The notes under the pieces were generated by a model, which was not told the origin of the DNA, searched no databases, and was given only the letters and a program-made list of their open reading frames with translations. Both the position numbers and the translations under genes were made by a program. Shown here one piece after another: positions 1 through 12,384 of a stretch of DNA of 64,000 nucleotides. The stretch is from Octopus sinensis (lineage: Eukaryota). Positions within the stretch are counted from its first letter, which is position 1, and every line of letters starts with the position of its first letter. The stretch covers positions 22,568,001 to 22,632,000 of the forward strand of contig NC_043000.1 in assembly GCF_006345805.1 (NCBI RefSeq), written 5' to 3'.

Positions 1-414
1 AATTCTTTATTGGTATGAATTCTATGAATAACTTAATACATTTATTTATGTTCTTCCCATTTTATTTTAGTTTTTATTTAAATTATACTTATACAACCAA
101 ATGAGGTAAGAAATTCACACACACACACACAAAAATGAACCAAAACAAAACTTTATTAGTCTATCTTAGATAATTCAGGCATATATATTGCCAAGACATA
201 CACACAGTGATGCATATACATACATGTTTTTTTAAATACAAAATAAGAAAAAATATTCAATGCACTCTTATATCCAAAATGTGTAGAATCTAGTGTGTTT
301 GTGTGTGTGTGTTTAGTTAATCCAAACATGAAAACACAAAGAGAAAACACAACACGAGGACATGGAACAAGTATAGTGTTATTGGACGCTCAGGAAAGGA
401 AAGAAAGAAGGAGG

Positions 415-448
415 GTTTAACGTTTTGAGTGGAGTCTTTGTCAGAAAC
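415..448 (-). ncRNA. Degenerate minimal type-I hammerhead motif (family P1)
   Basis: Minus strand GTTT-CTGACAA-A-GAC TCC ACTC-AAA-ACGT-T-AAAC. Stem I is GTTT/AAAC and stem III is the palindrome ACGT; G8 and G12 are mutated to A. Confidence 0.5.
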
Positions 449-515
449 ATAGGAAAAGGAAAGATCCGAGGAAGGCAAGATGGAGGGAAAATATCGCCAA
501 CGATACACATGTGGT

Positions 516-567
<52 letters not shown>

Positions 568-652
568 CAATCCAAACAAGCAAGAAAAAACAACACGAGG
601 ACATGGTACAAATACTGTATTATTGGATGCTCAGGAAAGGAAAAAAAAAAGG

Positions 653-687
653 ATTTCACGTTTTGAGCGGAGCTCTTCATCAGAAAT
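653..687 (-). ncRNA. Degenerate minimal type-I hammerhead motif (family P1)
   Basis: Minus strand ATTT-CTGATGA-A-GAGC TCC GCTC-AAA-ACGT-G-AAAT. Intact CUGAUGA, stem I and stem II; G12>A and H17=G. Confidence 0.6.
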
Positions 688-823
688 ATAGAAAAAGTCC
701 AAAGAAGGGAAGATGGAGAAAGAAAATTGCTAATGATACACAGGTGGTCACATATATATAAATTATTTTTTGTAATGAGTTAAAAAGCCAAGGCTGTGTA
801 GATTTTAGAACATTTATAGATAG

Positions 824-871
824 GTCTTACAGCTGTTTCCAGGATATTTATTATATCCCTTTATCAGAGAC
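824..871 (-). ncRNA. Degenerate minimal type-I hammerhead motif (family P2)
   Basis: Minus strand GTCT-CTGATAA-AGGGATAT AATAA ATATCCTG-GAA-ACAGCTGT-A-AGAC. Stem I GTCT/AGAC, stem II GGATAT/ATATCC, palindromic stem III ACAGCTGT; G8>A. Confidence 0.55.
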
Positions 872-2029
872 GGCGTGAGAGGATGGTTAAGAAATAGTTA
901 ATTTAGATAAGATATAAAATAGAGAGTGAAGTGGAGGAAATAAAAGAAAATAGATGTGAGATATGTAGGGATATTGCATTTGTAGATCCATTTTTTTTAG
1001 CCAGAGTGGTTATACATGTAAGATTCCAATACCTTATGAGTAAAATCCAATAGTATTTAAAATTGGTCATTCCAAGTTTATATACAGTTTTATTGAATCA
1101 AGGGTTTTATTTAAAGTGACCTAAAAATAGGGAGTGTATTAGTAGGGTCAAATAGAAAACAGGAAGAGAAGAATGAAGAATGAGAAAAAAGAGAGAATAA
1201 GGAGAAGAAAGTAAGAAGAAAAATAATAAAATAATATAATAAAAAACAGGAAGAGAGGAATAAAGGAAAGAAAGAAAAAAAAAAACAAAGATATAGATAA
1301 GGGAAAATGAACCATTTAGTGGTCAGTGGAGATAATTTGAAAGTAGGAGTGGGGAGATAAGGGTGATAGAGAGAATAAGGCCTAAACAATCACATTATCT
1401 ATTTTTGCAGAGACACACAAGTTGAGTTTTATATATATAGATATATATACACACACATACTAGTGTGTGTGGTTATTTGATTCCTGCTGGCCAGTCACTT
1501 GTTCACTGCATTTCAGGTGGTGGGAGTGATTAGAATGTGCAGCCAAGCAGAACAAATGCTGCAAAAATGTGTCACATTGGCAAAAGATATAACATACAAG
1601 CACACATATGTATGTGCATTTATACATGTGTGTGTGTGTGTGCATACATATGTATTTATAATAATTTCAATTATTATAAATGAGTTGAGATACTTGTCCT
1701 GCTTTGGTTTTTATTGTCCTTTTTCCTCTGATATAATATATACCTGCTAACATGGAGGCCTAATATGGATCCCTATCTCCAGCTCCAGCTGTGAACTGGA
1801 AACCTAATGGATGACCAATTATAGCAGTTACTCAGCGTCCCTATTCGTTTAGATCACCAGTGTACTAAACCCCACATATCCTATATATATATATATATAT
1901 ATACATAGATACATACACATGTCCAGACCTCATACGCACTAACACTCTCTCATACACACACACACTCTTATGTTGGGGTGAGGTCATTTAACCCTATTAC
2001 CTTCCCTAATTTCGCTCTTGCGTCTCACG

Positions 2030-2300
2030 TTTGATCTTTGACTTCTGGCCGAAATCAGATCACCATGTTGATTCGCTAGCCTCTGCACGCATTTTTTTCT
2101 CTCCTTCTTTCTGTGTTTCTTTTCTGTGTATCTTTCTGTTGAAGAGCATAGGCTCAAAACGTAAAAGACTTGTTTTATTTATATTCCTGAGCGCCATACT
2201 AATACAATTGTTTGTTTGTATTCCACCTGCCTTCGTCTTTTGTTTATTTCCGTAAACCTGCCTTCATCTTGTTTATTTTCATAAAGCTTCCCGTTATATA
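2030..2300 (+). mobile_element. Penelope-like terminal repeat fragment related to P1, with hammerhead motif at 2132-2167
   Basis: CTTT-CTGTTGA-A-GAGC ATAG GCTC-AAA-ACGT-A-AAAG followed by TTCCTGAGCGCC as in P1; a ~30 bp tandem duplication lies near the 3' end. Confidence 0.5.
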
Positions 2301-3489
2301 TATATGTATGTATGTATCATTTTACACAAATACACACACACACACTCTCTCTCCCTCTCTCTCTCTCTCCTATATGAATACAAATATGAAAAGCTTTTGC
2401 ACACCTTGTATCTGCCCAATTCCACTCATTAAGCATTGCCGATCCCTAAGTTACTTGCTCTATGTGTTATGCTGTACAATCAAACACTGAAATATATGCT
2501 CCTGAAGTGGACTCCTAAATGACTTTGTAGTGGACAGCTAGCTCTCCACTCCATTGCTTAAATCCTCTGTATCATGTACAAAGCTTAGTCTTGACACCAT
2601 TTGTGACCAATCAGCAATTGCTTTGTTGTTGTATAGAAAAGATTAAAGAACATTTGGGAAAAGTTGGCTCATCCAATGCATTGTTATTTCACTGATCATA
2701 AGCATTGGATCCCCACCAATCGATGAATCTCCCCTTGATATTATACATGTATGTAGAGGAGAATATAAAATTTTCAGTCAATGGAATGGCTGTTCTCCAT
2801 GCATCTCTGCAGTTCTTCTAGTCTTTTCAAATTTCAATTCATAACCTGAAATTCTCTTTTCAGAGATTATCTCTATTGTACTAGGACATTACACTTGACT
2901 ATATTGTGGTTCGAGAGACAATACTCTCACACTTCCACATTTACTCTCTCTCTCTCTCTCTCACACGCACAAACATGTAAGTAGAGACAGCAACCCACAC
3001 ATTCTCTATATTGTGCATAAAATATTTTTATCTCTGTTTAAAGACCTTCTGAACTTTTTCTGTTCATGTATTTTATTGGTCTTCTGGTGGATTCATATTA
3101 ACGAGACATTATGTTCATGATCAGAAAGCCTTCTGCTACCTTGTAGTCATCTTTCAACATCCATAACAAACTTTTTCATTAAAACTTTATCAAAAGCATT
3201 ACTACTGTGCATGTAAGTGAAGTGAAATTGATTCAAAGTGAATTAAAGTCAGACAACAGATTTGGTCACTGACGTTTTCTAATGTTTAACCAGTCTACGA
3301 GGAAGTTTGTATAGGTTCAGTTTTCTGCAGGATTGATAAAACCAAGAATCTTAAATGCTCTCTTTTCTCTTTTTCTTGTTTTAGTCATTGGACAGTGGCC
3401 ATGCTGGGGCACTGCCTTGAAGGGTTTAATCAGAGTGACCTCAATACTTAATTTTTCCTTTTAAATTTTGAACATCCTGTATATATTTA

Positions 3490-3946
3490 TGTGTGTATAT
3501 TTGTCTGTGTTTGTTCCCCCACCATTGCTTGATAATTGATGTTGGTGTGTTTACATCCCTGTAACATAGTGGTTCAGCAAAAGAGACCAATAGGATAAGT
3601 ACTAGGCTTCCAAAGAATAAGTCCTAGGGTCAGTTTGTTTGACTAAAGGTGGTGCTCCAGCATGGCCGCAGTCAAATGACTTTTTCTGTCAGCTTCCTTT
3701 ATTGAATCACTAAGTTATGGGGATGTAAACAAACCAACACCAGTTGTCAAATGGTGGTAGGTGACACACACAAACACGCGCGCACACAAGCATGTACAAC
3801 AGACTTCTTTCAGTTTCTGTCTACTGAATCCACTCACAAGGACTTGGTTGGCCCATGGCTATAATGAAAGACACCATGCATTGGATTGAACCTGAAGCTA
3901 AATGGTTGGAAGCAAACTTCTTAACCATACCCCCACACCTGTGCCC
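3490..3946. mobile_element. SINE-A fragments: 3' module on + (3490-3680) abutting a minus-strand copy (3690-3946)
   Basis: Similarity to the full SINE-A copies at 16614 and 47102. Confidence 0.75.
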
Positions 3947-5422
3947 ATAGTTACATCTACACCTGCATTTATACCTCACCTTGTGTCAGCTAATAATTAT
4001 TAGGATTTCAATTGCAAAGTAAACACCTAAGCCCTTAATCTATAATTGCTTTAATTAGTCTTTCTTAAGATCCCTCTTTATTTCATTGTTATGAGTTTGG
4101 GGAAAGCATAAAAGTCACAATTTGTGATTTTACTTTCAACCAGTGTTTCTCAACCAATTTCTTTTTACCTATAAACATCTTGATTCCTTTTTTACTTGGA
4201 TGGATCCTCCTAGCCATTCAATTCTTTAACCCTTTTGTGACCAACCCCCCAGAAACTACTTCTGGCTCTGTAGTACAATTGATGTTGGTGTGTTTACATC
4301 CCTGTAACATAGTGGTTCAGCAAAAGAGACCAATAGGATAAGTACTAGGCTTACAAAGAACAAGTCCTAAAGGTAGTGCTCCAGCATGGCCACAGTCAAA
4401 TGACTCAAATGACTGAAAGGAATAAAAGAATCAAAGAAAAGCATGCTGGGCAAAATACTTAGTAGCATTTTGTCTGTCTTCGTGTTCTGTGTCCAAATTC
4501 CATTGAGGTTGACTTTGCCTTTCCTCTTTTCAGAGTTGATAAAACAAGAACCAGTTAAACCGTGGGGTTGATGTAAACAACTTTCAACTTACAATCACCC
4601 TTGAAATTGCTGGCCTTGCGCCAAAATTTGAAATCAATGCCTTGATCAATCACTTCTTAGTAGAAATCCCACCATGTTTGACTTTTCCCCCTCTGCTTTG
4701 TTTTTTTCCCCTGTCATTCCCCTCCTCAGGAGGTGGGTAAATCAATAGTCCTTGCTACATCATCAGTAAGAAGTAAACAAACATTTGCTTGAAACTTAAA
4801 AAAAAAAAAGAAATTGTGTAACGAAGCAGTTCTGACTTATTAAATTAAATTAAATCTATCAACAGAAACACCAATTTCTATTTAAGATATTTATTTATTG
4901 CATAGCTTTGCTATTCAATTTCACTCTAAATTTTAATGGCTATCCTTTTCAACTTGCTTCCCCCACCATCTTTCCTTCCCTTCTATAAAATGCAACTGTT
5001 TTTCTTTTTCTTCTTTTTTTTTTTTGTAATCCATTGAAAACTTGTTTAGTTGCATTTGTTATCTGCTGCAAACATATTTCTGCATTAGGCCTGGACTCAT
5101 ACTGTATTTTTTTTTTTTTTTTTGGTTCTTGCTTTATTTATCTATTTATTTATTCTGTGCTGAACGTTCCTATGTATTGGTCTGCTTGCAGTGATTCCTG
5201 CTTCTTTATTCTTTATAAATGAAAAAAAAAAACAATGGGTTGGGATGGATGGATGGAAGAAAATTAGGGTGAAAAAGCACTCTTCCCCCCCTCCTCCCCT
5301 CCTCCTCCTCCTTGTCGTCCTCCTCCTCTTCGCCCTCCTCATTCTCGTCATCCTCCTCCTCCTTTCTTGATACACACACACACACTATTTGTTGTAAAAA
5401 TGAAGAACCGCTTTTATTGTCT

Positions 5423-5536
5423 TCACAAAAGCTGTCTGCTAAAGAGGCCATATTTTTCTTGTGACTTTCCAGACTCATTATCCACAAGAATGGAACAGCA
5501 TCTCCTCTGCACAAGGATTTTGTTGGCTGCCAGCAG
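5423..5536 (-). CDS. Possible terminal coding exon (LLAANKILVQRRCCSILVDNESGKSQEKYGLFSRQLL*), unassigned
   Basis: AG acceptor after a T/A-rich tract, open frame to TGA, AATAAA 4 nt after the stop. No recognised homology and no upstream exon securely linked. Confidence 0.2.
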   Translation of the reverse strand: MLAANKILVQRRCCSILVDNESGKSQEKYGLFSRQLL

Positions 5537-6178
5537 CTACATCTTAGAATATAAATTAGAATAATATAAACTAGTATGTGTGCATGTATGTGTACCTGAA
5601 TGTGTGAGTATGAATGTGTGTGTATGTTTGCTTGTAAGAGTGAGAGAGAGATTTGAGTGCACGTAAAAATGCATATTGCCTTGTTCAATATTCAAATACG
5701 ACAAGAGAAACATGTTGGATTATGATAATAAATATTTTCCTTTGCTTTATTGTATTTTTTTAACTTTTTCTATTTTCCTTCGTCTGCTTTACATAATTCA
5801 TAAAAATAAGTGGACATTTTCATTTTTTTTATTTTTGTTCTTCTGATGAGACTTGTTGTGCTGTCTTTCTTAGATTGCTTGGAAAAAATAGAATCTAAGG
5901 GAGAAAAAAAAGGGGACTGCAGATATTTTCTTGTCATAATTGATGTAGGTTGAAGAGAGATGAAAAGGCATGAATATATACATTATGCATACATGCATCG
6001 ATTTTTTTTTTTGCTTGAGAAAGTTTGTGTCCTGATACCTTCATTAAAGTAAACCATTTTATGTTCATTATTTCAGAAATGACTTTTCCCTCCCTTTCCC
6101 TTCCCCTATCACTTTATAATGGTGTTCTGATTAGCGATTTCACTGATATGGTTTTGATAAAATTCTAGTAAAAAAGAC

Positions 6179-6409
6179 CAGTGGTTCTCAACCATTTTTT
6201 TTTCCTGTGGACCCCTTTGCTTTGTCTTTTACTCTCCTGAATCTCCATAGCCATTCCATATATATAAAAAGAAAATCTAACTGTATTTTTATAATCAAAT
6301 ATTATTAGAAATTGCAATAAAATAAAAATGTGTATTGTAGAAGTATTACAAAGTTTACAGCGCAAAAATTTTAACAAAATCATATATGGACCTCTGTTGA
6401 GAACCACTG
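6179..6409. mobile_element. hAT (Charlie-like) MITE
   Basis: Perfect TIRs CAGTGGTTCTCAAC / GTTGAGAACCACTG; the 8-bp TSD is not preserved. Confidence 0.75.
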
Positions 6410-6648
6410 AAATAAATAATAATATTGATTTTTTTTTTTGTTTTTTTCTTCTTTATTACTGTTATGGTTACATGACTTTCTGCAAAGCTTGTTAGTGCAT
6501 ATTTCATCCAGGTTTCTCATTCTGTTGTATAATGGAAAAGAAACAAAACTGAGTTGAATATATGGAGCCAGTTCATAAGTGTTGTGAGTGTTGAAATGCA
6601 ATAAAAATCTTTCAGTCTGTGTACTTAATTCTACATGTCTTAGTTCAG

Positions 6649-6717
6649 TTAGCTGCCAGGGAATGGAAAACAGTTCAGCTGAAAGAACTACGTGAGATAG
6701 ACTGGAATTGTATTCAG
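6649..6717 (+). CDS. Possible 69-nt internal exon (LAAREWKTVQLKELREIDWNCIQ), unassigned
   Basis: TTCAG acceptor, CAG|GTTGAG donor, open phase-0 frame in non-repeat sequence; no recognised homology. Confidence 0.15.
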
Positions 6718-6837
6718 GTTGAGATTTGTCTCTTATTCCACCTAAAGCAACATTAAAACAGCTTTCAAAGTCTTTCAGGTTTTAGATGTTTCCAAATATT
6801 TTGCTTTGTTTTCCAATCTAAGATTTAAAACAATATC

Positions 6838-7270
6838 ATTTTCTACTCTAGGCACAAGGCCCAAAATTTTGGGGGAGAGGGCCAGTTGATTAGATCAACC
6901 CCAGTATCCAACTGGTACTTAATTTATCAACCCGAAAGAATGAAAGACAAAGTCGACCTTGGTGGAATTTGAACTAAGAACATAAAGCCAGACGAAATAC
7001 GTATTTCTTTACTACCCACAAGGGGCTAAACACAGAGGGGACAAACAAGGACAGACAAACGGATTAAGTCGATTACATCGACCCCAGTGCATAACTGGTA
7101 CTTAATTTATCAATTGTTGATGAAAGGCAAAGTTGACCTCGGCGGAATTTGCACTCAGAATGTAGTGGCAGACGAAATACCGCTAAGCATTTCGCCCAGT
7201 GTGCTAACGTTTCTGCCATCTTGCCGCCAAATAAAATACGGCTAAGCATTTCACCTGGCATGCTATTGTT
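6838..7270 (-). mobile_element. SINE-B full copy joined to 5'-truncated SINE-B2, plus an extra head fragment
   Basis: tRNA-like head with GAGTGCAAATTCC B-box-like motif, B tail TTGTGGGTAGTAAAGAAATA, B2 tail GGCCTTGTGCCTAGAGTAGAAAA. Confidence 0.8.
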
Positions 7271-7365
7271 GTTGTTGTGGTTTCCACATTAATTTTTCAG
7301 TGTATTGGCAAACTTTTCTTGAGTTACACAACTCATCAATCCTCACTTGAAAGAATGTAGAGTGT

Positions 7366-7595
7366 TTAACCCTTTCAATACCAACCTAGCTGAAATCGGC
7401 TCTGGCTCTGTAGCACAAATGTTTTGTTTTCATAAGTTTTGAATTAAATTCTTCCTCCAAACCTTAGTCACACTTTATGTTCCTAACACTAGCTGAATGA
7501 TAACCAAGTTATTTTACTAAATTCTTTGTTATATTCAAAATTAATTGAAAGAAACACAGAGCTTCTTAAAATAAATACGGTAACAAAAGGGTTAA
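7366..7595 (-). mobile_element. piggyBac-like MITE-G
   Basis: TTAA-CCCTTT...AAAGGG-TTAA termini; ~225 bp body shared with copies at 17223, 39299, 54058 and 59823. Confidence 0.85.
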
Positions 7596-7710
7596 TGAAG
7601 GAGATTTTGTTTCTGCATTGAGCAGGTATGGCTATGTTGTTTAGAACTTCACTTTGCACATACTTGGTTTCTTGTTCAATCCCAGTCTGGGATTTCTTGG
7701 TTGAAAGTTG

Positions 7711-7935
7711 TTAACCCTTTAACATTCATATTTCTCTTTCAAATGTAATGATTATTTATTCACATTATTTTTAGTTAATCCCATATTATCTTGTAGCTTT
7801 GAGATTTTTGAAGTTATGACTGTATATTTTTAGAATTATATCACAGGGCAGGTGTGAGAGGCTGGTCCTGGTCAGTTTGAAGATAAAACAAAATATTTGG
7901 ACCGGATATTGTCAATTTAAATGCTAAAAGGTTAA
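7711..7935 (+). mobile_element. piggyBac-like MITE-H
   Basis: TTAA-CCCTTTAACATTC...ATGCTAAAAGG-TTAA; body shared with copies at 34305, 41240, 54480 and 59512. Confidence 0.75.
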
Positions 7936-8191
7936 CTAGCCTTGGGCTAACCAAAACCCCTAACTAAAATTTGCCTGATGGAAACTGTATTAGAGCCTGT
8001 CAGGGGTGAGGTCTCTTCAGTAATAGACTTACTTGTTGCTCAGGTGAACACCATAATCTGGTCTGTAACTGTCTTTAGCACAATCTATTCTTTTGCAAGG
8101 ATTCAGGCCAGTATCCAACCTAATAATGATTTTATCCCCATTCCTTCCTCTCTCTAAGCCTGACTCTTATATATCACCGAAGGTTGTACAC

Positions 8192-8596
8192 CTACTCTTT
8201 TACTTGTTCCAGTCATTTGACTTTGGCCATGCTGGAGCACCTCCTTTAATCGAGCAAATTTCCCCCAGGACTTATTCTTTGTAAGCCGAGTACTTATTTT
8301 ATCAGTCGCTTTTGCCGAACCGCTAAGTTACAGGGACGTAAACACACCAGCAATGTTAGGGGGACAAATACAGACACACAAACATATACACACACATACC
8401 TATATATATATATATATATATATATGCATATATACGATGGGCTTCTTTTAGTTTCCATCTACCAAATCCACTCACAAGGCTTTGGTCGGCCCAAGGCTAC
8501 AATAGAAGACACTTGCCTAAGGTGCCACGCAGTGGGATTGAACCCGGAACTATGGTTCGTAAGCAAGCTACTTACCAGACAGCCACTTCTACACCT
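8192..8596 (-). mobile_element. SINE-A, full length
   Basis: tRNA-like head, internal (TA)n hinge, 3' module ending CAAGTAAAAGAGTA. Confidence 0.85.
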
Positions 8597-10429
8597 TTTT
8601 GATACTAATATTCTTAAGTTACCCCTGCTTCTATCTTACAAACTCCTTGTCTTAAAGTGATCTAAATTGAAGTCATTCATGAAAATTCCTTGTAAATTAA
8701 TGTTCCAGATACCAGATTAACAACTGAGGCAAAGGAACAAAATGTTACAAATTAAATCTTACAAATTAAAGCAATTGTAATTTTCATTGTTTAGGTGCGG
8801 TTGTGTGGTCAAGAAGATTACTTTCCAGTCATGTGGTCTTGGGTTCAGTTCCACTCTGCAGCACCTTGGGAAAATGTCTTCTATTATAGCCTTGTGAGTG
8901 GATATGGTAGATGAAAACTAAAAGAAGCCTGTTGTGTGTGTGTGTGTGTTTGTTTGTTTGTTTGTTTGTGTGTTTGTTTGTTTGTTTGTTTGTGTGTTTG
9001 TTTTGATATCACAGTATCAAATGATGGTTGTAAGCAAGTATCATTGCCATATAAACAAGGTTGTTTATTTCTGGTCTTACATGAAAAACATGTTTATCTA
9101 TGGGAGAATATCAGTTTCAAATTTTAGCACAAGGCCAGTGTGCAACTGGTACTTATTTTATCAACCCCCAAAAGGGTGAAAGGCAAAGTTGCCCTTGGTG
9201 AAATTTGAACTCAGAACTTGAAGATGGAGGAAATGCAGTTAAGCATTTTGTTCAGTGTCTATGGGAAAATATCAACTTACTTTGAAGGAGGTGAGGTTTG
9301 ACAATAGAAAGGGCATCTAGTCATAGAAAATCTGCCTCATTAAATTCCATCTAATTTCTGCAAGCATGGAAAAGTAAGCATTAAATAATGATGATGATAA
9401 TGATGATTATAACGGTTAGTCTTTTTTATTTGAGCAATATCTTGTTTGTTGCTTACATATTTTCCATACTGATTGCTGTGTGAAATAACTGAGCAGCCAG
9501 AAGCAAAAACAAATTGAAGTTCAAGGTTAGTTCTAGAAGAATTTGACAGTGTGGCACATGAATTGTTGATATTTAAGTTAGATTGAGGCCAATTATTGAA
9601 TGAACGTCAGCTGGTCGAATTTTGTTACTGTAAATAAACACTCTCTAAGAACTTACCAAAAAAAAAAAGAAAAAATTTCCTCTCTCAAACAAAATGTGTG
9701 TGTGTGTGTGTGTGTGTGCATGGATGGGTGTGGGTGGGTGTGTTTACAATACTTGCATTTGGCTTTCTCATATACAAGATGTCTTTTCTTTTTTGTGGAA
9801 TTATATTTACATTCAATTTGAATGAGCCAAAATATGTACTATTTCTAGTTCTCTTCACAAACCTCACTGTATAAATAATTTCTAGTGTATAAGTCTTCAT
9901 CATCATCATCGTCGTCGTCTTTTGCGTTTTAATATGTTGACATGATTTGGATGGTTTGATAGGATTAGACAGGTCAGAGGATTGCATCTTACTCCAGTGT
10001 CTCTGTTTCAGCATGGTCTCTACAGCTGGATGCCTTTCCTAGCATCAGCCACTTTACAGAGAATACTGGATCTTCCTTTCACTATTTTTTGTTGCACCAA
10101 CACTAGGGAGGTTACCTAGTTGCTCCCTAGCCAAAAGAGAGCTCCTACCACTGATTAAGATTAGTTTTTGTAAAAACTCATCCCGATGTAATACTAAAAT
10201 CTATTTTACCTAAGTAAAAGTACTGTCCGTTCTAATATGATTTCAAATGAAAGACATACAACCCCAAACAAAGCGCCATAAAGCCATATTATATTCACAT
10301 TAACTTATCTCGAAAGCAATAACAATCTATTCATCAAAAGCTCAAGAATTAAGAGAAAGGGGAAATAGAAATCTAAAGATTTTATACTCTTTCTAAGTAT
10401 AATTATATATATACCCAGGCCAATTCCCC

Positions 10430-10815
10430 ATTTTTTTTTAGGAACGGGTAGCCACAAGACACACACCAGGTATTCTATTCATTTTCCAGCACAAAGGAGC
10501 GATCCCTGTTCTATGCTGGAGTCAAGGCATAGAACTCAACTTCTAATATCAGCAGCAGGGTCCAACAGCATATGCTGCTTTACCCCCACCGCATTGTGCT
10601 GGTTCCGTAACCCCTTTGAGCAACATCAAAATTCACTCCCCCGTCCATACTCTCCAAGTTTTCCTATCATTTATAAACTCTCATGTGTCTCTCACTCCAA
10701 CACCTCTAACCACCAAAGCTTTCCTCACTCCATCCATCCACTCAAACCGAGGTCTGCCTCTGGTTCTGCTGCCTACCACTTCAGCCTGATACTCTACCTT
10801 ACCTTTCATCCAAGA
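10430..10815 (-). mobile_element. RTE-clade LINE 3' fragment (second family)
   Basis: Minus strand translates to EVVGSRTRGRPRFEWMDGVRKALVVRG...NDRKTWR, matching the RTE ORF C-terminal GRP..W motif. Confidence 0.6.
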
Positions 10816-11603
10816 ATAATAATACATTACAAAATTAAAATCAGGCTATTGGCTCATTAGGATTTTAATACTGCAACAGTTGGCGTTAGGAAGGGCATCC
10901 AGCCGTAGAAACTCTGCCAGATCAGATTGCAGCCATCTGGTTCGCCAGTCCTCAGTCAAGTCATCCAACTCTTGCCAACATGGAAAGCAGACGTTAAACA
11001 AACGATGATGATGAGAATGAACAGCTTTTTTCTCTTTCTTTGAGAATATTATTAATGGTGTATATTTCCCTATTACAAATCTGGTTGTTGCGAAACACAT
11101 GTAACTTATCAATTTGGATTATATGCGGTCCGTATAACCCAAATCTGCTTCCTTATGGAGTTAGACTTCCTTTTTTTTCCAGTACACTGAGATATGCTAA
11201 ACTGTAATTTTCAGGCAACACAGTAACAGCCAAAACTAACATCACACATACTTTTCAGATTTACTAATCTGACAAGACCACCATGGTTTATGAGTATTAA
11301 TACCTTCCTCCTCAGATATAACAATTACTTAGACACCCAAGGGATTTTTTTGGAACGACATTAATTTGAAATATTTAATCATATGAATTTTAATTAAACA
11401 AAAAAAAAACTTGTAAAAGTTGAAAAAAAAATTAACTAAAGAATATATTTACTATGAGTAATAATGTTTATTTGAGAATTTATTAGGTTATCGTCATCAT
11501 CATCATTGTTTTAACATCCACTTTTCTGTGAGTTGGATAGAATTTGTTGAGGCAGATTTTCTACAGCTGGATACCCTTCCAGTTGCCAATCCTTACCAGG
11601 ATA

Positions 11604-12384
11604 ATAGCTGTATAAAAGGCATAGGTAGAAATTCCATAAGATGTACCTGGTGTAAGCTATGGACACATAAGAAGTGCAGCAATATCAAAGGAAGGCTAAC
11701 TGGGAAGATAGATTTTTGTGTATGGCAAATGCTCAGGGGCAGTGAACACTGAAAATGTGCAGAAAACAGCCTCCATCATATTCCAGGGAGAAAAACTAGA
11801 AATAGTTGATAGCTTCTGTTACCTCGGTGACTAAGTCAGTAGCAGGAGCAGTTGCTTGAGAGTGTAGCTGCTAGAATAAGAATAGCCTGGGCAAAGTTCA
11901 GAGAGCTCCTACCTTTGCTGGTGAGAAAGGGCCTCTCGCTCAGAGCAAAAGATAGACTGTATGACTTAGGTGTGCAAACAGCCATGCTACATGGCAGTGA
12001 AAGATGGGCTGTGACTGCTGAGGACATGCGTAAGCTCACAAGGAATGAATCTAGTATGCTCCACTGGATGTGTAATGTCAGTGTGCATACACGACAGAGC
12101 GTAAGCGCCCTGAGGGAAAGTTGGACATAAGAAGCATCAGATGTGGTGTGCAAGAGAGACAACTGCACTGGTATGGTCATGTGTTGAGTGTGGATGAGGA
12201 CAGCCGGGTGAAAATGTGTCACACCCTTGCAATAGAGGGAGCCTGTGGGAGAGATAGATCCAAGAAGACCTGGGATGAGGTGGTGAAGCACAGTCTTCAA
12301 ACATTGAGCCTCTCTAAGGCAATAACAAATGACCGAGACCCTTGGAGATATGCTGTACTTGAGAAGACCAGGCAAGCCAAGTGA
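11604..12384 (+). pseudogene. Disrupted RTE ORF (reverse transcriptase C-terminal region)
   Basis: ORF-track pieces 11528-11752, 11852-12130 and 12121-12384 join through frameshifts and one internal stop. Confidence 0.88.

Larger units (their letters stand above)
319..752 (-). mobile_element. Two tandem direct copies (319-519, 569-752) of a ~190 bp Penelope-like terminal repeat, each with a hammerhead motif
   Basis: Both units run AATCCAAAC...CAACACGAGGACATGG...GCTCAGGAAAGG...GTGGTCACA and are separated by (CA)n(TA)n. The PLE assignment is inferred from the embedded hammerhead motifs. Confidence 0.6.

Noticed and set aside
1517-1610. Possible exon VVGVIRMCSQAEQMLQKCVTLAKDITYK
   Set aside because: Acceptor present but no convincing donor or recognisable homology.
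5142-5381. Arg-rich and acidic ORFs
   Set aside because: Derived from a (CCT)n-type low-complexity tract.
5840-5875. CTGATGA-GAC...GTC
   Set aside because: Followed by TTTC rather than GAAA; no stem III.
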